A stretch of DNA of 64,000 bases from Eledone cirrhosa (taxonomy: Eukaryota), in contig OZ024743.1 in the NCBI GenBank assembly GCA_964016885.1, forward strand, positions 190,340,001 to 190,404,000, given 5' to 3'. The first letter of the stretch is position 1. Every line of letters starts with the position of its first letter. Both the position numbers and the translations under genes were made by a program. Below the pieces are notes generated by a model. The model did not search any database, was not told the origin of the DNA, and worked only from the letters and a program-made list of their open reading frames with translations. Positions 58,382 to 64,000 of the stretch are shown here, piece by piece.

Positions 58382-61300
58382 GATAGCAACTAACAGTGCT
58401 GCGATCGAATGTGGCTTTTTAGCCCAGCCAATGATCTAAAATGTCTTGCACAGAGTCGGCAACCAAAACATTTACTGGGAATAGTCGGCTGTGGTTGGAG
58501 TTCGTGTACTTTTGCATGTCGCTTGAGTCCTCCTGCTGATTTACATTCTCTACCACATGTTTGGCAAGCATGATGAGTAACATCTCCAACAGCAGCCTGG
58601 TAGTCAACCACTGGTCTTACTTTATGACTGCGAAGATGACTTTCGAGTCCAGCTTTGCTTAGGCAGAGTCTCGCACAGACGCTGCATGTCAGAAACATAG
58701 GAGGACCCTCGCCGTCTGGAAGTGCAACAGCAATACCCTTCCTCACGTCCCGCTTTACTTTCTCGTGTGCGATTCGAGATGCCTCAAAGGCAACTTTTCC
58801 CTCATATACAGTCTTTCTCCATTTATTACGATCAGCAGCAATATTTTCCCATGTATCAGCAGAGATGTTAGCGTCTTTCAGAGAGGCCTTCAAGGAATCC
58901 TTATACCTCTTTTTTGGTTTATGTGGCGGTCGTTTTCCTTTAACCAACTCTCCATAGAAGAGTTGTTTTGGTATTCTAGAATCCTTCATCCTGGCAAGGT
59001 GACCACTCCAACGGAGTCGCTGCTTAAGCACAAGAGCTTCTATACTGTCACACATAGAGCTTTCCAAAATCTCGACATCACTGATGTGGTCCCTCCAGTG
59101 AACGCCATGTATCCGTCTGAGACACATCTGATGGAAACGCTCCAATTGCTTAAGGTGGCGTCGATATGTGACCCAGGTCTCGCAGGCATAAAGAAGACAA
59201 GAGAGTACACATGCCCTGTACACCTTTACCTTTGTCCTCCTGCATATGTCTCGCCGACCCCAGAGTCGCCTTTCTAGCTTTCCGAAAGCATCACTTGCTT
59301 TCCTAATCCTAAGTGAGATTTCACTGTCAAGGTTGCCGTATCGATTGACAGTGCTTCCCAGGTAGACAAACTGATCAACCACTCCAAGTCGTTTGCCATA
59401 CACATAGATGTTTGGTTCAGTGTACTGCCTACCAGGTGCAGGTTGGTACATGACGACGGTTTTCTTGAGACTGACAGTCAAACCCAGGGCAGTGCAAGCG
59501 TCAGAAAATACATTCAAAATGTGCTGCATATCACTCTCTGTGTGCGCTACAAGATCGCAATCATCTGCATACAAGAGGTCTCTTATGACTGATGTAAATA
59601 CTTTTGTCTTCGCAGCAAAGCGCCTGATGTTAAATATGCTGCCTGAGGTTCGATATCGGATGTAAACACCATGCTCGCAATTCCTGAATGCAATACAGAA
59701 AACCATTGCAAAGTATATGGCAAACAGGGTCGGTGCTGGAATATCCCCCTGTTTCACTCCATTTTTTACTGAGATAGGCTCCGACATGTTACCTCCGACA
59801 TTAACCCAAGCCTTCATGTCGTCATGGAAAGACCTAACTAAAGCAAGGAACTTATCAGGGCAACCAAGTTTCTGGAGAACCTTCCATAATGCATCTCTGT
59901 TGACAGTATCGAAAGCCTTTGTCAGATCGACAAAAACCTGATACAGATCCAAGCCCTGTTCAATGCACTTCTCCTGGAGCTGTCTAGCTGAGAAGATCAT
60001 ATCAGTAGTGCCGCGTCCAACACGAAAACCAGATTGGCTTTCAGGAAGGACACAATCTGCAATGTGTGTCAGCAGACGGTCCAGAAGCACCCTACATAAA
60101 ACTTTCCCCACGACAGAAAGCAATGATATACCTCTGTAGTTCCCACAATCATTCCTGTTACCCTTTCCCTTGTACAAGACCACCATTACTGCATCTCTCC
60201 AGTCCTCAGGCACGGATTCATTAGCCCATATCCTTCCAAACAGAGAGTGAAGATGTTGCAGGAGTCTCTCACCACCATATTGTAGGAGCTCAGCATGTAT
60301 GCCATCCATACCTGGAGATCGTCCACTGTTCAGCTTCGAAATAGCCACTGCAACCTCCACAAGTGTCGGAGGTTCTGCGAGAGCTACTTTCACAGGACTT
60401 TCCGGAATGAGATTGAGGAAATCTTCACTGACGACAGACGGCTGATTCAAAAGATCATCAAAGTGCTCTCGCCACCTTCGTAGAATTCCCTGTGAGTCAC
60501 GAAGAAGTTCTTTGCCATCCTTGCTGCGAATCGGTGTCACCAGAGAAGAAGACGGTCCATAAACCTCACGCAAGAGACTGTACAACAGCTTTGTGTTATT
60601 GCAATCAGACGCAGTTTGTATCTCACCAGCCTTCTCACTCCACCACTGATCCTTCATCTGAGAAAGACTCCGCCTAACACGTGATTTTACATCCCTGAGC
60701 TCCTCATGCAACGTATTCCTCTCCTGTGGTTTTGCCGTCGAGTAGCGTGACAGAGCGCGCCTCTTATCAGCCAACAAGTCATCTATATGCACATCTTTCT
60801 CATTAAACCAGTCCTGATGTTTTCTCTGCACCAATCCCAGAACACGTCTGCCTACATCATAAACCGACTTTTTAAGGGTCGGCCAATCCTCACCAAGATC
60901 TGCAGCCTGCATCTCTTCTTCCAATGTCCTCTTCACATTTTTATCCTTAAGACGAGCAGCATTCAATCTTTTGGGCAGGGTAACACCAGGAGCCCGGATT
61001 TTACGTTTGGTGATTAGATTCACTTTTGCGCGTACCAGGCGGTGGTCCGTCCAGCACTCAGCTCCACGAAGAACACGAACACACTGCACATCCTGTCTGT
61101 CACGCATCCTGACTAGGACGTAGTCCAAAAGATGCCATTCCTTAGATGCAGGATGCATCCATGTGGTCTTGAATTTGTTCTTTTGTTGGAACATGGTGTT
61201 GGTAACACACAGATCCAGCTCCTCACACATCTGCAGCAAGAGCATACCATTGCTGTTACACTTTCCCACCCCATGCCTTCCGATTACATTCCATGTGTTA

Positions 61301-61974
61301 AAATCCCTACCCACTCTAGCATTAAAGTCACCAAGCACGATGACTTTGTCTGCCTGAGGGATATTTCTTAAAACACCTTTCAAGGCATGGTAAAAGGACA
61401 GTTTTTCTTCATCGACAGAATTCATAGTTGGAGCATACACACTCACCAGGGTAGCATATCTTCCCTTGTCCAGCGGAACTCTCATGGACATAAGACGCTC
61501 ACTAATCCCCACTGGGAATTCTTCTAATTTATTCACCAGTACAGTCTTAACAGCAAATCCTACCCCAGCCTCTCTTCTGGTTCCTTCATCTCTTCCTTTC
61601 CAGAAGAATGTATATTCTCCACAAAATTCCGTAAGATGACCATCTCCAGCTAACCTCGTCTCAGACAAAGCCACGATGTCAAGATCGTAACGTCGAAGCT
61701 CCTTCGCAACAAGAGCGGTCCTTCGTTCAGGACGCTCCAAAGAATCCCTGTCAAGCAGCGTCCGTACGTTCCAGCAGCCAAGACTAAATGCCCTGTTTGG
61801 CTCTATTACAATGGCACGATGACGGGCGGGCCCAGGTTGTGATAACTTGGGGCCCCTGCCCTTATTGCCAATGATCTTTTTTGTTCCAGAACCCAAATTG
61901 GCAACTATCTCGTTTACATTGTTCTGGAACATCATTGAATTGGAAAAAAAAAAAAAAAAAAAAAAGTAATAATA

Positions 61975-62005
<31 letters not shown>

Positions 62006-62315
62006 TGATACTACACTATTAATAATTATTAATGCACTCGTGCAATGCCTGTGCGTGACGAATATTTTTAAAGTGAGGAAAGAATGTGCACTGAACCAAT
62101 CCCACTCTCTGAGCGACAGTAGCTATAACCCGAAAAGAAGAAAAGATCAACATCATCGGTAACTACTGAGCCGCAGGTTTTATATCGGAGTTAACCCAGT
62201 TTCCTGAGATGCCTTCTCCTAGAAGAATACACTGACATGGGCTAGGGGTTCTTCACTCCCAGTGGTTTAACTGCGCGATCGGGCATCCAGCCCGATTATT
62301 TCTATGTCCCCGCGC
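57898..62315 (-). mobile_element. Apparently full-length RTE-clade LINE
   Basis: 5'UTR with CTAGGAGAAGG motif (62212-62223), single long ORF, microsatellite-filled 3'UTR and a terminal stem-loop at 57898-57936. Confidence 0.85.
58390..61935 (-). CDS. RTE LINE polyprotein: APE endonuclease, reverse transcriptase, three C2H2 zinc fingers (1181 aa)
   Basis: WNVRTL, ALSETR, YAPT, GDFNARVG, TDH; GRSPGMDG, NYRGISLL, FVDLTKAFD, GVKQG, LYADD, YLGS; C-x2-C-x12-H-x3/4-H three times. No stops. Confidence 0.96.
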   Translation of the reverse strand: MMFQNNVNEIVANLGSGTKKIIGNKGRGPKLSQPGPARHRAIVIEPNRAFSLGCWNVRTLLDRDSLERPERRTALVAKELRRYDLDIVALSETRLAGDGHLTEFCGEYTFFWKGRDEGTRREAGVGFAVKTVLVNKLEEFPVGISERLMSMRVPLDKGRYATLVSVYAPTMNSVDEEKLSFYHALKGVLRNIPQADKVIVLGDFNARVGRDFNTWNVIGRHGVGKCNSNGMLLLQMCEELDLCVTNTMFQQKNKFKTTWMHPASKEWHLLDYVLVRMRDRQDVQCVRVLRGAECWTDHRLVRAKVNLITKRKIRAPGVTLPKRLNAARLKDKNVKRTLEEEMQAADLGEDWPTLKKSVYDVGRRVLGLVQRKHQDWFNEKDVHIDDLLADKRRALSRYSTAKPQERNTLHEELRDVKSRVRRSLSQMKDQWWSEKAGEIQTASDCNNTKLLYSLLREVYGPSSSLVTPIRSKDGKELLRDSQGILRRWREHFDDLLNQPSVVSEDFLNLIPESPVKVALAEPPTLVEVAVAISKLNSGRSPGMDGIHAELLQYGGERLLQHLHSLFGRIWANESVPEDWRDAVMVVLYKGKGNRNDCGNYRGISLLSVVGKVLCRVLLDRLLTHIADCVLPESQSGFRVGRGTTDMIFSARQLQEKCIEQGLDLYQVFVDLTKAFDTVNRDALWKVLQKLGCPDKFLALVRSFHDDMKAWVNVGGNMSEPISVKNGVKQGDIPAPTLFAIYFAMVFCIAFRNCEHGVYIRYRTSGSIFNIRRFAAKTKVFTSVIRDLLYADDCDLVAHTESDMQHILNVFSDACTALGLTVSLKKTVVMYQPAPGRQYTEPNIYVYGKRLGVVDQFVYLGSTVNRYGNLDSEISLRIRKASDAFGKLERRLWGRRDICRRTKVKVYRACVLSCLLYACETWVTYRRHLKQLERFHQMCLRRIHGVHWRDHISDVEILESSMCDSIEALVLKQRLRWSGHLARMKDSRIPKQLFYGELVKGKRPPHKPKKRYKDSLKASLKDANISADTWENIAADRNKWRKTVYEGKVAFEASRIAHEKVKRDVRKGIAVALPDGEGPPMFLTCSVCARLCLSKAGLESHLRSHKVRPVVDYQAAVGDVTHHACQTCGRECKSAGGLKRHAKVHELQPQPTIPSKCFGCRLCARHFRSLAGLKSHIRSQHC

Positions 62316-62742
62316 AAAAAAAAAAAAAAAAAAAAATTACTTATTGACACTTATACGTACGACATACACACACACGCATACATATGCGTGCACACAGCAA
62401 CACTCACACACACAACAAACACACACACACGCTACTCTACTCACTTACACGCACACACACACATATATATATATATATTACCGTCATTACTGATACAAGA
62501 TTACCAGATTATGTCAACTGTTGACTTTCAAGAGTTTGTATAGTTGAAGCCGATCGTATTACAGTCCAGTATTACTATAATTGCTTTACAGCATAGAGTT
62601 ATGGCTCTCCACGGAGTCAACAATGTATACATATATGTATACATATATGTATACATATATATACATATATATATACATATATATACATATATATATATAT
62701 ACATATAATATAAGATCAAAAGATGGTTAAAGGAGTTCCATG

Positions 62743-62813
62743 TATTTTATTATGCGCATTTCAAAAACAAACATCATCATGCAATCATATTTGTGTTTTC
62801 ATCAGATAAAACA
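62743..62813 (-). ncRNA. Type I HHR, same family as 45418
   Basis: UGUUUUAU-CUGAUGA-AAACACAAAUAUGAUU..UGUUUG-UUUUU-GAAA-UGCGC-AUA/AUAAAAUA. Confidence 0.88.
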
Positions 62814-62846
62814 GGAGAACATGATATGAAGGCTAAAGAACACTTG

Positions 62847-64000
<1,154 letters not shown>

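Noticed and set aside
62195-62315. HDV-like or twister ribozyme at the RTE 5' end
   Set aside because: Only a simple hairpin (atcgggc/gcccgat) is evident; I could not build the required pseudoknots.

Overview
AT-rich eukaryotic (animal) intergenic or intronic DNA with no recognisable host gene. The tRNA-derived SINE family and the very long (TA)n tracts suggest a cephalopod such as octopus (inference). Nearly all short ORFs in the track are microsatellite artefacts. Real coding sequence is all retroelement-derived: one apparently intact RTE-clade LINE (58390-61935, minus strand; APE, RT and three C2H2 fingers), a 5'-truncated Penelope-like element (PLE) ORF (5337-7352), several other PLE fragments, three Tx1/L1-like copies, and CR1, R4-like and old RTE remnants. 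There is also a non-autonomous Helitron and about 9 SINEs. The main hidden signal is RNA-level. Most unique 'islands' between the (TA)n tracts are short non-coding elements with PLE-type tandem plus inverted architecture that carry a type I hammerhead ribozyme (HHR). By eye I count about 30 intact or near-intact HHR motifs and about 10 relics from more than a dozen sequence families. They include a 12-copy, near-perfect 310-bp tandem array (48359-52068) that looks like a non-LTR retrozyme. All folds were assigned by manual base-pairing, not computed.
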